From a virus: a DNA stretch of 64,000 bases. This document shows positions 37,361-48,736 of the stretch, piece by piece. The DNA is taken from positions 6,726 through 70,725 of the IMG/VR virus record IMGVR_UViG_3300044732_000643; one strand, 5' to 3'. Position 1 is the stretch's first letter. Every line of letters begins with the position of its first letter. The notes beneath the pieces were generated by a model. That model worked only from the letters and a program-made list of their open reading frames with translations, was not told the DNA's origin and searched no databases. Made by a program: the position numbers and the translations under genes.

Positions 37361-40300
37361 ATGGCAACGTATTTACAAGGCGTCACAGATTATATACCAG
37401 AGTTTCAACCCTTTCAACCGGACTTGAACTTTTATGGTAATGTTCTCCAGACAAAGCAAACTCAGTATGATTCTAACTGGAAAGCAATAAACAATATTTA
37501 TGGTCAGTATTTCTATGCTGACTTGACCCGTGAGAATAACATTGAAAAGAAAGATGAGTTATTGAAACAGATAGACTTTAATTTAAAAAGAGTATCTGGA
37601 TTAGACTTGTCACTTGACCAAAATGTACAACAAGCTACGCAAGTATTCAAGCCTTTCTACACTGATGATCTTCTTATGAAAGACATGGCGTGGACCAAGA
37701 ATTACGTTACAGATAGACAACGGGGACTTGCTCTTAAAAATTCTAAAAATAAAGAAGACCAGGGAATGTACTGGGATACTGGTATCCGGTATATGGATTA
37801 CATGAGAGAAGACTTTAAGAAAGTATCTGATGAAGAATCTTTAACTTTTGGTAATGCGACTTATACACCTTATGTAAACTCAATGAAAGAGTTTCAGAAG
37901 CTTGCAAAAGATTACGGTGATATAACTACGGAACATATGTCTGATGACGGTAGATACTTAATCAGAGAAAAGAATGGTCAGGTTCTAGTGGCACCACTTA
38001 CTTCTTTGTTTGAAGCCAGTGTAGCAAATGATCCAAGAATGGCTGATGTATATAGAGTACAAGCTATTGTAAATAGAAAGGACTATGTTGCCTCTACAAG
38101 AGATAGTGAGTTTAAAGGTGATGAAGGTGCTGCTGAAAGAGCATATCTTAATCAACAGAATAAAACTATTCAAGAGTATGTCCGTAGAAAAAAAGATCAG
38201 GCAACTGAAAAAGTAACTGTTACTAGCAATAACATAGCGGATGGTAAAATAGCTACTCAAACAGGTAATGATAATCCAATGACCTTTGATTATCTAGCTC
38301 AGTTACAGAAAGCACAAGGCATTTATCAAGCTGTTGAAAGCAGAGCTGATGATATAGAAACACAAGTTTCTAATGGCTCATCTACAATGACTACTTCAGG
38401 ATATACACCTGATGACCAATTAGATATTGAGTCTCTCAGATCTAAGGTAGATGTAGGAACAGCGGCTATATTAATGGATCAAGATATTATAGAATCAGCT
38501 AATCTCTTTGCCTACATGGGTCATGAAACAAAGATGACTGCAGATCAATTTGCTTTAGAGAGTGTAAGACAAGCTAATAGACAATCACTACAGAAAAAGC
38601 AACAAGAGATTGACTATAATAAGATGGCCATTGAAGAAGGTCTAAAGACTCAGTACTACCTTTTTGATAATGAAACTGGAACAATTATAAAAAATCCTAA
38701 GTATCAACAAACAAGTGTTAAACGTGGTGCGGGTGCATCCGGTGGTACTACAGATCCTACTTCAGCTCCTGAAGAAAATGCAAGAGTTGAAGAAGAACAA
38801 GCAATGGATTATGGTTCATCTTGGTTAAATACAGTAGCTCAAATCTTAAGTGATAGTGAATCTACAAGTAAAATAACAAAAGAGAGAATGGCTAATATCC
38901 TTACTCCGTTCTCATGGGATACAGATGCTTCATTTAAAAATGTACATATTGATCCTGAAACTAAACAAGTTGTTTCTGACAGGACGTCTACTGAGCCTTG
39001 GTTTAATGCCATGGTTGATTATAACAAACGTAAGTTAGGTGTATTAGGAAGCTCATTGGAGATATCAAAGAGAAAAACAACAGAAGCTGCTTTAAAGTTA
39101 TGGAAAGAAAATCCTGCAGCATATGTAGCTAGTTTAGATTCAAAGTCTTTGAAAGCTGTTAAAGCTAAAGCTGATGCATTTCTTTTGGAAAGACATGCCC
39201 TTGGTGACCAGAATGCAACAAATCTTTTAGTGAGTCCAGAAAACGTAAATATGGATATTTTGATTATGGGTAAAGAAAGTGATGAACTTATAGAATCCCA
39301 TAATAAAAACATACTCACACAAGCTATGAGCGGTAGTTTACCGTTTACTGATAAAAATAGTAAGAGTTTAATTAACCTATACTACAATAATGGTAATCCC
39401 TTGAGTGAAAATCTATTTAAGACTTTTGCTAGAAACATTGTTCAGGGTCCTGAACGTGAGATATGGGTTGAGGCAAGAGATTATTCTGTTAGAGGTTTTG
39501 GTGATATGTTTGAATCTAGAGATTCAGAACAGAAAGGAACTTTCTCTAACAACCAAAAGTATAATATCAATACAATGTTTCAAGCTGGAGCTTTAACTCC
39601 TACTAACATTGATGTCTTTATGAAGAGAGACTTAATGCATAACATGCCTAAAGAACAGTATGTAGCATTAAGAAAAGAAATCTTAGCCACACAAGAAGAA
39701 GCTAAACGTATTAATAAAAAACGTGAGTCTGGGGAAAAGCTATCATCTGAAGAACGGTATGGAGCTGGTACAAAAAAAGATATAAACTCTGTAATTAAAA
39801 GCTTTACCTATAATCAAAACAACTGGGATGATGTATTAACTCAGACTTATCAAACCATATCAAGTTCTTTATCAAAAGACATTGTTTCAACAAAGATGTT
39901 ATCTAAGAGTAATCTTATTGACTTTGGTTCAGAAGGTAGTAAGTATTCATTAGCTGCAACTGACTATTCAGGTCAAGAAGTAAATACAGATGTCATAGGT
40001 ACTTTTGGTTACAATGCATTTCAACAAATGATGAACCAGGATCTAGGTAAATCTAACTGGCTTTACAATCAAGAGATGTTTAGAGTTTCTTGGGATGGTA
40101 CTACAAGATCTGGATTTGAACCTGAATCAGATAGTGATGATGGAGAAAATCCAAAATTTAGAGCACAGGTTACTGACATGATATTAAGAGGTTTACAATC
40201 TCAAATTGGAAAAGGAAAGGGGACTGACTTTGGGTTGTATCAAGCTCAGATTGCCAATGAACACAGGGGAACTGGTGCAATGATTGTTTACCCTACATAT

Positions 40301-40771
40301 GAGACTCTTAAAGCAATGGATCTTATTGGAACTGACAAAGCACCAAAGATGATATCAGAGTCTCAAGCTAGAAGAATTGTGACTAACGGTTTAGCAATTG
40401 CAGGACCAAGAACAGCATGGAAGAATGATTTGTTTATGGATAACAAAACAAGTCCGGCTGAAGGTGTACTTAATGCACTTGGAAAGATTGAATATGAAGA
40501 TCCAATGGGTGGTGGTGGATACATAGTTAAAAAAACTAAAGGAGGTCCTGCCGACTACAGTATTACATTTAGTACAGTTACTTATGATGATTATACTGGT
40601 GAAAAGTATGTTGAGGAAAAGACAATGGACTATAGACAGTTTGGTAAAAACCTTGATGAGGCTTTGGTAAAAATGCGTTTTATGTTGAGTCAAAGATCTC
40701 AGACTAATATGAATGACTGGAGGATGAATCCAACTATCAGGAATAAGAACCAATCTATGTTTAATAGGTAA
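37361..40771 (+). CDS. Virion cargo/ejection protein
   Basis: 1136 aa, helical, no Cys seen; between cargo 1 and the giant proteins. Confidence 0.6.
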   Translation: MATYLQGVTDYIPEFQPFQPDLNFYGNVLQTKQTQYDSNWKAINNIYGQYFYADLTRENNIEKKDELLKQIDFNLKRVSGLDLSLDQNVQQATQVFKPFYTDDLLMKDMAWTKNYVTDRQRGLALKNSKNKEDQGMYWDTGIRYMDYMREDFKKVSDEESLTFGNATYTPYVNSMKEFQKLAKDYGDITTEHMSDDGRYLIREKNGQVLVAPLTSLFEASVANDPRMADVYRVQAIVNRKDYVASTRDSEFKGDEGAAERAYLNQQNKTIQEYVRRKKDQATEKVTVTSNNIADGKIATQTGNDNPMTFDYLAQLQKAQGIYQAVESRADDIETQVSNGSSTMTTSGYTPDDQLDIESLRSKVDVGTAAILMDQDIIESANLFAYMGHETKMTADQFALESVRQANRQSLQKKQQEIDYNKMAIEEGLKTQYYLFDNETGTIIKNPKYQQTSVKRGAGASGGTTDPTSAPEENARVEEEQAMDYGSSWLNTVAQILSDSESTSKITKERMANILTPFSWDTDASFKNVHIDPETKQVVSDRTSTEPWFNAMVDYNKRKLGVLGSSLEISKRKTTEAALKLWKENPAAYVASLDSKSLKAVKAKADAFLLERHALGDQNATNLLVSPENVNMDILIMGKESDELIESHNKNILTQAMSGSLPFTDKNSKSLINLYYNNGNPLSENLFKTFARNIVQGPEREIWVEARDYSVRGFGDMFESRDSEQKGTFSNNQKYNINTMFQAGALTPTNIDVFMKRDLMHNMPKEQYVALRKEILATQEEAKRINKKRESGEKLSSEERYGAGTKKDINSVIKSFTYNQNNWDDVLTQTYQTISSSLSKDIVSTKMLSKSNLIDFGSEGSKYSLAATDYSGQEVNTDVIGTFGYNAFQQMMNQDLGKSNWLYNQEMFRVSWDGTTRSGFEPESDSDDGENPKFRAQVTDMILRGLQSQIGKGKGTDFGLYQAQIANEHRGTGAMIVYPTYETLKAMDLIGTDKAPKMISESQARRIVTNGLAIAGPRTAWKNDLFMDNKTSPAEGVLNALGKIEYEDPMGGGGYIVKKTKGGPADYSITFSTVTYDDYTGEKYVEEKTMDYRQFGKNLDEALVKMRFMLSQRSQTNMNDWRMNPTIRNKNQSMFNR

Positions 40772-40783
40772 TACAAAACTATA

Positions 40784-43700
40784 ATGGCTGAAAATCAAAC
40801 ACCAGAACCAGAAGATATTTCTGGAGGTGCTCAAATGATTAATCAAGGTAGCACTGATATTGATAATTTCTTACCATTTGGAGGTAAAAATCCTATGGGT
40901 AATGTTACACCTGTATACAAATCTTCTCCTTTAAGACAGGCATATCCAGAAGTAAAGAGTCTTGATAACTCAACTTATCCTATTAAAGATAATATAACAG
41001 GATTAGCACCTTATACTAACAAACCTAATCAAACAGGTTTAATGTCAGCAAAAGAGAAAGCTAATGCTGACTTTGCAAGTATTAATAAAAGTTTACAGTC
41101 TTTTGAAGATAACAACGCATATGCTAAAATTCAAGCATATGATTCTTCTGCGGCAGGAGCACATAGAGCTAGATATAAAGCCTATGGTCAAGAGACGTTT
41201 GATAGAATTGGATTTAACCCTGAGATAAATAATGAAGCACTGTTTAATGCTGGAACAACAGGACTTGATGACACAGCAAGATGGTTGACATCAGCTGCAT
41301 GGCCGTTGTTCTCTAGAGGTTTTATTGCTAACCCTAAAAGTTATGGAGGTATATTTACCGGGGACTTTGGACAAGACATTGAAGAAGCTAAAGCATATGA
41401 AGAATACAATGCTATAGGATACTCAAGTAAAGGTGGTATAGGTTCTTTCATCACAAATACACTTAACAGCTTTTCATATACAGCCGGTATTATTTTAGAA
41501 GCAATTACTGAAGAAGCTATTATTGGTGGGGTGATTGGTGCCGCAGGTGGACCACAAGGAGCAGCTGGAGGTTCATTTGTAGGAGGTGCAATAGGAGCTA
41601 TTAAAGGACTTGCTGCTGTACCAAAAGCTTTATTTCAAATGGGTAGACAAGGGGCTACTCTTGCGGCTAATCTTAGAAGATTAGATGAGATGAGTGAAGC
41701 CAGAAGATTATATAATGAAGCTTCTAAAACAGTAGGTAACTTCTTTAACCCGTTTGATAATACTACCAATGCTGTATCAGCAGCTTTAAACAATGCAAAC
41801 AACATAACAAGACTAGCTAGAGCTACAAATACATTTGGTGGATTCTACAATGATGTGAAGAACATCAACATGGCGCTTTCTGAAGGAAGACTGGAAGGTG
41901 GGTTTGTAGAAAATAACACATACAAAGAAATGTATGATGCTCACTATGCTAAGTTTGGAGTAGCACCTGATGATCAAAAGCAAAGAGAGTTTAGGGATGT
42001 AGCTAGAAAAGCTGGTTCAGATGCTACTCTATATAACACTATGTTGATTAACTACTCTAACAAGTTGGTTATTCCTAATGTAATGAGAGGTGGTGTGTTC
42101 CGTGGATTGGCTGGTTATACAGATGATATTGCTGACTTTGGTACTCACAGTATTCTACTTAACCCTAAGAAAGGTTTTGAATTAGTTAAAAACAGTTTTG
42201 TCAATTCTCTCAAGGCTTTAAAAAGCCCAGGAACCTATGGCAAGTTTGCAATGAGCTATTTCAAAAGAAACGTTACAGAGGGTGTTCAGGAAAATGCACA
42301 AGATGTTATATCGGAGTATCTACAGAAGTCTTATATAGCTGCCTATAATGACCCTTCTAAAGCTAACTTTGATTACTCTAAGGCTATTCTTAAAACTGCA
42401 ATAGGTAAACAGTTTAGTGCTCAAGGTTTTGAAACTTTTGCTTCTGGTTTTGTAATGGGTTCTCTAGCAGGACCTTTGAATGCTCTACCTAAATACATGC
42501 AGATTGGATACAATAAATACTACAAATATGCCGGTGAGTATGATAAGTATGTAGAGGGTAGAGGTCAGTCAGGAAAAGAACTTGTTGATACTCTTAATAC
42601 TATTTACAAAGACCCTAAAGAGTTTTTTAAACATAGATACTTTAACTATGGTACTCAATCATTAGCGGCTAAGGTAGCTGATGATAAGACTAGTACTTCT
42701 GCTGAATATATGGATCAGAGAGATGCTGCTTTTATTACTCAAATGCAGACAGTCTTGAGTACAGGAACAATGAAATATTTTGTAGATCAAATTAAGAGCT
42801 ACCAACAGATGGCTCCGAAAGATGTAGAAGATGCACTTGGTCTTGCAGATGGAGAAGGTGTAAAAGCTATTCAACGTGTAGATACTATTGTAGGTAGAGC
42901 CAAGAGAATGGAGAGACGCTACAATTATATTAATAAAAAACTAGGAAAGAACCCTATAGATCTTAATCTATTTGACAAAGACTCTGATGACTATAACAAA
43001 GCTGCCTTATTACATAGTGCTTGGGAAGTGGGTGTTAATGCTCAATTATTCATGGGAGAGTCATTTGACAGAAACCTAGAAAGAATTGCAGCTATCACAG
43101 ATACTTTTGGACAGATTAGTCAGTTCTCCAATATACCTACTTCTGCAATCATGCCATTGCTTGACAAGCAACGTTTAGCAAATGAGTTTGAGTTGCTTCA
43201 GAGTGAAATTAAAGTACTTGAGGGTAGCGGAGATAAAGCATCTAAAGAACTAAACCAGAAGAAGCAACAACTTGAAGACCTTACTAATTTCCAAAAAGCC
43301 CTTAGCGCTGTACAGATTACTGTAATTGAAAAGCAAGGAATTCAAATGCGTAAGCAAGAGCTAATGGATAGTGGTCTACCTGAAGACCAAGCTCGGGTTG
43401 AGTCAGTAAAAAGATTTGAAGAAGAGTTTGATGTACTTGCAACTGATTTGATTAATGACCTAAAAGAAGTAACTACACAGTACTTACTTAATCTATCTGG
43501 TTCCAATGTAGAGTTTACAAAACTCATGAATAAACTTCAGGAAGAAGGAGAGATAGATGGTATTGACTATGCAATAACTCAGTTGATTGACTTGCATAAG
43601 TTAGATCATGAGAATCAAGCATTGGTAAAATACATCAATGTACTTCAAGATCCTGTAGAATTTGCTATACATGTCAACAGAAATCTTTCCTGGATGACTG

Positions 43701-46700
43701 AGATGTATAACAATAAGACTGAGTATTTCAAAGACATGGTGAATAACACCATAGAGCAGAAAGAATACAATGACCTATTACAAGCATTAGCGGATAAAGG
43801 CATCTATGTAGACCTTAATGAGTTTGCAGACTGGATAGAAGACAAAACAAACCTTCCCACTCAGTTTGAAGATGTTGTAAATAAGAGAGTAGTCAAACAA
43901 GGAAGTGTGATGTATCAGCAGTATGCTGAGTTATTCTTGAAGCTAGCAGATATCCAATCTAGAAAACCTGCCGGAAACAAAGCTACTGTAGATGAACAAC
44001 TCAAAGAAGAGTTAGATAAAGCTGAAGAAGAGAAAGCTGGTAAACTAGCTAAAGCTAAGGTTGACTATGATGATAAGCTTAAAGCAGCTATTGGTTATAC
44101 AGAAGCAGAATATGCGGCCCTTAAAAAGGATGAAGCTACACCTGAAGTATCACCTGAATTACAAGAAAGACTTGATACTCTTACTAACTTAAAGGAACGC
44201 TTAGATGACAATGCTGTAAAAACAGATGAAGACATAGACAATCTGTTAGAAACTATAGCAACAGAACTTAAAGATCTTGAGCTATTAGAAGTATACAACA
44301 TAAACGTACTAGCTCTTTCCAAAGACAGAGCTGGAAAGAAAAAAGCCAAAGAATACAATAAAGAAACTCCACAAGAATTCTTTGATGAGAAGACTAAGTC
44401 TGGTGATGTACAAGAAAAGAACAATTTCTATACTGCATACTATGGACGTTATGTAGCAAGCACTCTATTAGCTAAAGAAATCAAAGCTATTCAGGATGAG
44501 ATTGGTGAAACTACACCAGAAGGAGATACTACAGAAGATATAGTAATTAAAGAACAACCAGTTTATATAGAGTATCAAGAGATTGTAGCTAAGATCAATG
44601 CAGACTATGAAAAGATCTTTGCAGAAATTCTTGAGAAGTACAAAGAGAAAGGTGCTAAAGCTACCTCTGTAACTGATGCTAGAACTGGTCAACCAGCTAA
44701 GCCTGCTATTACAGTAGACACACCATGGGACAGTCTTCCTAAAGAACTACAAGATGAACTGCAACCTTTGTTTGATACCTATGCTAAAAAGAGAAAGTAT
44801 GCTGGTGAAGATGCAGCTACTAAAGCAAAAATCAGAGAGAATTGGTTAAAGACTCCTGAAGCTCAAGCTGTAGTAAAAGAATATGCTAATTCTCAAATAG
44901 GTGCTGAAGAAGAAGTAGAGTTTATTCTTGAAGAGGCTCCTACTCTTAGAATGAACAAGCGTACACCAGAAGAACTTTCTGAGTCCACATTTGAACAACT
45001 TCAAATAGATGTAGATGCTCTTCAAATACTTGTAAATAAGAAAACAAGGACTGACCCTAAAACAAACAAAGAGGTAACACTTACAAAAAAAGAAGTAGCT
45101 TTTGCAATTGAAGACCTTAAAAACCTCAGAGGTTACTTAGCCTTTAGAAGATCCATTACTCCTATTAAACCAGAAGCTGAAAGAGTTGCTCAGGTTCTTA
45201 AGAGAAATGTACTTGACCGTCAGGGTGAAGTCACTGTTTATAGAGACAGTGCAGGTAATACAATAGGTAGAAGATTAGAAGGTATTGACTATGAAGATGG
45301 TGAATATGCTGCAAGAGTAACTCAAGAGCTTTATGAAGTTCTTAAAGAGATTAATCCTGACTATGAAGAGTATCTTTATAATGGAATGAAGCCTATAGTA
45401 AATAAACAAACTGGTAGAATTCAATCTAGTCCAATTGATAGTTTGCTTACTGAACTGGATTTATATATTAAAGATGGTGATGAAAAAACTCTAGAGCAAA
45501 AAGTTACTAAGCTTACGGACTTACTGCAGAACTACTATAAGCAAAAAACAATTGACAGATTTGGTAGTGAGAAGAAGTTGCAAATGCTTAGAGAAGTATT
45601 TATTCCTGTACAAAAAGGTAAGAAAAAAGCCACTGGTAAAGAGTTTACAACCGCCAATATCAAAGCTGCTATAAATGAATTAGCTAATATAGGTAGTGCA
45701 ATAGCAGGAACAACAGTAGATAAACTTGGACGTGATTTTTTCATGGGTGAGAAAATTACTAAACCTGCTAACATGTCTCCTGAAGCATTCAAGTCTTTAT
45801 TAGATATCTTAAACCGCTTTGCTAATCAGATACGTGATAACAACATGGTTGTCATTTCTGAGAACATGCTTGTCTTTGATAAAGACTATGTGACTAAAGA
45901 TGGTAAAAAACGTGGTATTGTAGGTGAGATGGACTTACTTGGATTCAAGGTTGATGGTAAGTTTATTATCATTGACATGAAGACGGGTACTACAAATCGT
46001 TGGAAAAACTTTAATCCTAAAGCAGATACTGAGGTAGACTTACTTGCTAAAGGAACTGACAGTAAAGGCATCTCTATCAGCAAAGATATTATTGACTGGA
46101 AGAAAACAGGATTTGATAGCTTTGAGGATGCTGATGAAAGAATGGATGGAATAGAGGGTATTACTATTAAAGAAACTTACGGAGCTTCAAAAAGAGGTGT
46201 GGTTACTGGATTGGTTACAATTGATGGTCCTAATGAATCAAGAGATGTTGAAGTTGTTTTCAATACTGATAAGTATACAGCTAAAGGTTCTCAAGATAGA
46301 TATAGTAAGAGACCAGACTATAGTATTCAACAGACCTTCTATAGGAATGCCTTTAACAATATGTCAGGAGAGATGCCTGAAGGTATCTTCCTACTACCAT
46401 TTGAAGTAGTACTAGATGGAGAGGATGGTTATATCAAGTCACTTAAGCTACCACCAATTGCTGATAAAGAAACAATGCTTATTGAACTTGAGCCAGTAGA
46501 AGAAGTAAACAACTATCTACCACTTAAGACTATGGCACCTGCTGAAGGTGGTGAAGGTACAGCTAAAACAAAGAAAAGTAAAAAGAAAAAGACAACTACT
46601 GATGCTGCAGTAGACATAGAAGCTAGAAGGGCTGAAGGAACAAATGCTAGAGGTACCACTTATAAAGGAGAAACTACTGAAAAAGATGAATTAAAAGTTA

Positions 46701-48736
46701 CTAAATATTCTGAGTTTTCTCCTGATGGAAAAAGAATTACTAAAGGAGGTAGGATAATGACACCTGCTGAATTTATAGAAGAATATGCTATAACTGACCA
46801 AGATCATTTAGAAAATCTTGAAGGAGCCACAGAAATAAGAGTATATGAAGTAAAAGTTGGTAAAAATGGAAAATCAGGAATAGACATAAAAGTCAGTTAT
46901 CCAGATTTGGACCTAGAAATAACTGTTGGGGGACAAGAACTAGCCGCTTTAGGGGAGACTGAAGAGGAAGAACAAGAGCCTACTGATATTGTAGAGTACA
47001 AACCTAAGTCAGCATTGCTCAAAGACAATGTAGGTAAGCAAGTACTCTTTAATGGTATACTTGGTTCACTAGTTACTTTCCCGCATCAAGGTGGTGACTT
47101 TGCTGTTGAAACAGAAAATAGTGTATACCCTATCAATGCTAATAGTGATCAGACTCTTAATGATGGAGGTGTATCAACTGTTAGAGTTAAGGGTAGTGAT
47201 GTCTTTGGTGACCCAGTAGTAGCTGGTCAGATCTATGAAATTGAGTTTGTCAATGAAGGTAAAACAGAAGCCCTAATAAACGGTGTCCCTTATAGAATTT
47301 CTAGAAACACTAAGGGTGGAGTTAAGTCTTTAACTTATAGAGTTAATGATAAAGCTCTTTCTGATATTTCTAAACAAATTAATGATCTTGAAAAAGACCT
47401 TGCTAAGTTAGAAAAACAAGCAGACAAGCTTGCAAAAACAGATCCTGAAAACATTCAAATGACTCCATTGATAACCAAAGCAATGGGTCTTAGAAATAAG
47501 ATTGAGCTTCTTAATGGTAGAAGAGATGATCTGCAGGATACTAACAAAGATGTAAACACAAGAGATAAGAATCTTATTCAAGCTTTACAAAGTATGTCAA
47601 GTACATTTGACAATTCTAAAGGTAAAGATGAGGAAGATGCTGATCTTGAAAAGATGAAACTACTAGAAGGTGAAGTACTACAAGCTATGAATGATATCCT
47701 TGATGAAGGATATCCTGAGAAGTTTGACATGCTTATCTCTGACCCATCATCTTTGAAGAGAGAAGACACAGATAGATTCACAGCTTATGTTCAAAAGGCT
47801 AAAGAAGCATTTGAAACATTGAAAATACAATATGCAGCAGAATCAAAACTTACAACACCAATAGAAAAGGGTGTTGCTCAATTGGGAATTGTGTTAAATT
47901 ATATTAAGAACCTAGAATACACTCAGAATGGAAAAGTCAAGAAGCAACAGCCAGCAGAAACCAAAGAGCTCCAAAGAGAGTTACAAGAAAATGAAGATGA
48001 ATCTATTATTCAGGACGCTATCAGAAGACAACCAGGGGAAGTTCCTGGAGCAAAAGCTGCACCAGGAAGAAAAGCCAAAGATGTAGATGATCTTAAGAAA
48101 GCTGTAACACGTGGACTAACAGGTAAGACTACTCAAGAGTTAAATGACATACTAGATGAAGAGAATGAAGGCATCAGTATTGTAGACATAGAAGAAGCAT
48201 TTGAGAATGCTACAGCTGAAACAATTGATGAGATCTATGCAGATTTCTTAACTCAAATTCAAGATGGACTAATATCAATAGGAGATCCTAATATACTTAC
48301 TGAACTACGTGATAAACGTAAGCTTGAATTAGGGGCCAAAATTGAGAAAAATACTATTGAAGTGGGTACTTATCTTATAGGTAAAAGAGGTAAATTTACA
48401 GAGATAGTAGAGGTAACTAACATCAATGAAGGAGAGTACACTATAGTACCTCTAGGTTCAGAAGAGGAAAAGGTAGTCTCATTGAAAACTTTACAAAAGA
48501 ACTACAAAATGTACAGTGAAAACATGGATGAAGAGCAAGGAGATGTTGATATTACTGATGAAACTGAAGAGTCAGCACAAGAGACGCCAGAAACAATTGC
48601 TGATGTACTTAATGATGAGACTGTGATAAATAATGCCATTGGGGAAACTAGTAAAATGACTAGAGAAGAACGTAGAGCTCAGATGGCAGAGGAAAATAAA
48701 AAATGTAAATTAAAAGGTTCTCAAGATGGCTTGTAA
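40784..48736 (+). CDS. Giant ejected virion protein with Gly-rich membrane-like segments and a PD-(D/E)xK nuclease domain
   Basis: 2650 aa; AIIGGVIGAAGG...GAIKGLAAV; EGVQENAQ; AGTTVD...GEMDLL...IIDMKTG...YSIQQTFY (45690-46420). Confidence 0.75.
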   Translation: MAENQTPEPEDISGGAQMINQGSTDIDNFLPFGGKNPMGNVTPVYKSSPLRQAYPEVKSLDNSTYPIKDNITGLAPYTNKPNQTGLMSAKEKANADFASINKSLQSFEDNNAYAKIQAYDSSAAGAHRARYKAYGQETFDRIGFNPEINNEALFNAGTTGLDDTARWLTSAAWPLFSRGFIANPKSYGGIFTGDFGQDIEEAKAYEEYNAIGYSSKGGIGSFITNTLNSFSYTAGIILEAITEEAIIGGVIGAAGGPQGAAGGSFVGGAIGAIKGLAAVPKALFQMGRQGATLAANLRRLDEMSEARRLYNEASKTVGNFFNPFDNTTNAVSAALNNANNITRLARATNTFGGFYNDVKNINMALSEGRLEGGFVENNTYKEMYDAHYAKFGVAPDDQKQREFRDVARKAGSDATLYNTMLINYSNKLVIPNVMRGGVFRGLAGYTDDIADFGTHSILLNPKKGFELVKNSFVNSLKALKSPGTYGKFAMSYFKRNVTEGVQENAQDVISEYLQKSYIAAYNDPSKANFDYSKAILKTAIGKQFSAQGFETFASGFVMGSLAGPLNALPKYMQIGYNKYYKYAGEYDKYVEGRGQSGKELVDTLNTIYKDPKEFFKHRYFNYGTQSLAAKVADDKTSTSAEYMDQRDAAFITQMQTVLSTGTMKYFVDQIKSYQQMAPKDVEDALGLADGEGVKAIQRVDTIVGRAKRMERRYNYINKKLGKNPIDLNLFDKDSDDYNKAALLHSAWEVGVNAQLFMGESFDRNLERIAAITDTFGQISQFSNIPTSAIMPLLDKQRLANEFELLQSEIKVLEGSGDKASKELNQKKQQLEDLTNFQKALSAVQITVIEKQGIQMRKQELMDSGLPEDQARVESVKRFEEEFDVLATDLINDLKEVTTQYLLNLSGSNVEFTKLMNKLQEEGEIDGIDYAITQLIDLHKLDHENQALVKYINVLQDPVEFAIHVNRNLSWMTEMYNNKTEYFKDMVNNTIEQKEYNDLLQALADKGIYVDLNEFADWIEDKTNLPTQFEDVVNKRVVKQGSVMYQQYAELFLKLADIQSRKPAGNKATVDEQLKEELDKAEEEKAGKLAKAKVDYDDKLKAAIGYTEAEYAALKKDEATPEVSPELQERLDTLTNLKERLDDNAVKTDEDIDNLLETIATELKDLELLEVYNINVLALSKDRAGKKKAKEYNKETPQEFFDEKTKSGDVQEKNNFYTAYYGRYVASTLLAKEIKAIQDEIGETTPEGDTTEDIVIKEQPVYIEYQEIVAKINADYEKIFAEILEKYKEKGAKATSVTDARTGQPAKPAITVDTPWDSLPKELQDELQPLFDTYAKKRKYAGEDAATKAKIRENWLKTPEAQAVVKEYANSQIGAEEEVEFILEEAPTLRMNKRTPEELSESTFEQLQIDVDALQILVNKKTRTDPKTNKEVTLTKKEVAFAIEDLKNLRGYLAFRRSITPIKPEAERVAQVLKRNVLDRQGEVTVYRDSAGNTIGRRLEGIDYEDGEYAARVTQELYEVLKEINPDYEEYLYNGMKPIVNKQTGRIQSSPIDSLLTELDLYIKDGDEKTLEQKVTKLTDLLQNYYKQKTIDRFGSEKKLQMLREVFIPVQKGKKKATGKEFTTANIKAAINELANIGSAIAGTTVDKLGRDFFMGEKITKPANMSPEAFKSLLDILNRFANQIRDNNMVVISENMLVFDKDYVTKDGKKRGIVGEMDLLGFKVDGKFIIIDMKTGTTNRWKNFNPKADTEVDLLAKGTDSKGISISKDIIDWKKTGFDSFEDADERMDGIEGITIKETYGASKRGVVTGLVTIDGPNESRDVEVVFNTDKYTAKGSQDRYSKRPDYSIQQTFYRNAFNNMSGEMPEGIFLLPFEVVLDGEDGYIKSLKLPPIADKETMLIELEPVEEVNNYLPLKTMAPAEGGEGTAKTKKSKKKKTTTDAAVDIEARRAEGTNARGTTYKGETTEKDELKVTKYSEFSPDGKRITKGGRIMTPAEFIEEYAITDQDHLENLEGATEIRVYEVKVGKNGKSGIDIKVSYPDLDLEITVGGQELAALGETEEEEQEPTDIVEYKPKSALLKDNVGKQVLFNGILGSLVTFPHQGGDFAVETENSVYPINANSDQTLNDGGVSTVRVKGSDVFGDPVVAGQIYEIEFVNEGKTEALINGVPYRISRNTKGGVKSLTYRVNDKALSDISKQINDLEKDLAKLEKQADKLAKTDPENIQMTPLITKAMGLRNKIELLNGRRDDLQDTNKDVNTRDKNLIQALQSMSSTFDNSKGKDEEDADLEKMKLLEGEVLQAMNDILDEGYPEKFDMLISDPSSLKREDTDRFTAYVQKAKEAFETLKIQYAAESKLTTPIEKGVAQLGIVLNYIKNLEYTQNGKVKKQQPAETKELQRELQENEDESIIQDAIRRQPGEVPGAKAAPGRKAKDVDDLKKAVTRGLTGKTTQELNDILDEENEGISIVDIEEAFENATAETIDEIYADFLTQIQDGLISIGDPNILTELRDKRKLELGAKIEKNTIEVGTYLIGKRGKFTEIVEVTNINEGEYTIVPLGSEEEKVVSLKTLQKNYKMYSENMDEEQGDVDITDETEESAQETPETIADVLNDETVINNAIGETSKMTREERRAQMAEENKKCKLKGSQDGL

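Noticed and set aside
47875-47910. TATATTAAG inside the 2650-aa gene as an internal promoter
   Set aside because: No TTG at 19-21 nt spacing and ~820 nt from the next start; likely codon coincidence
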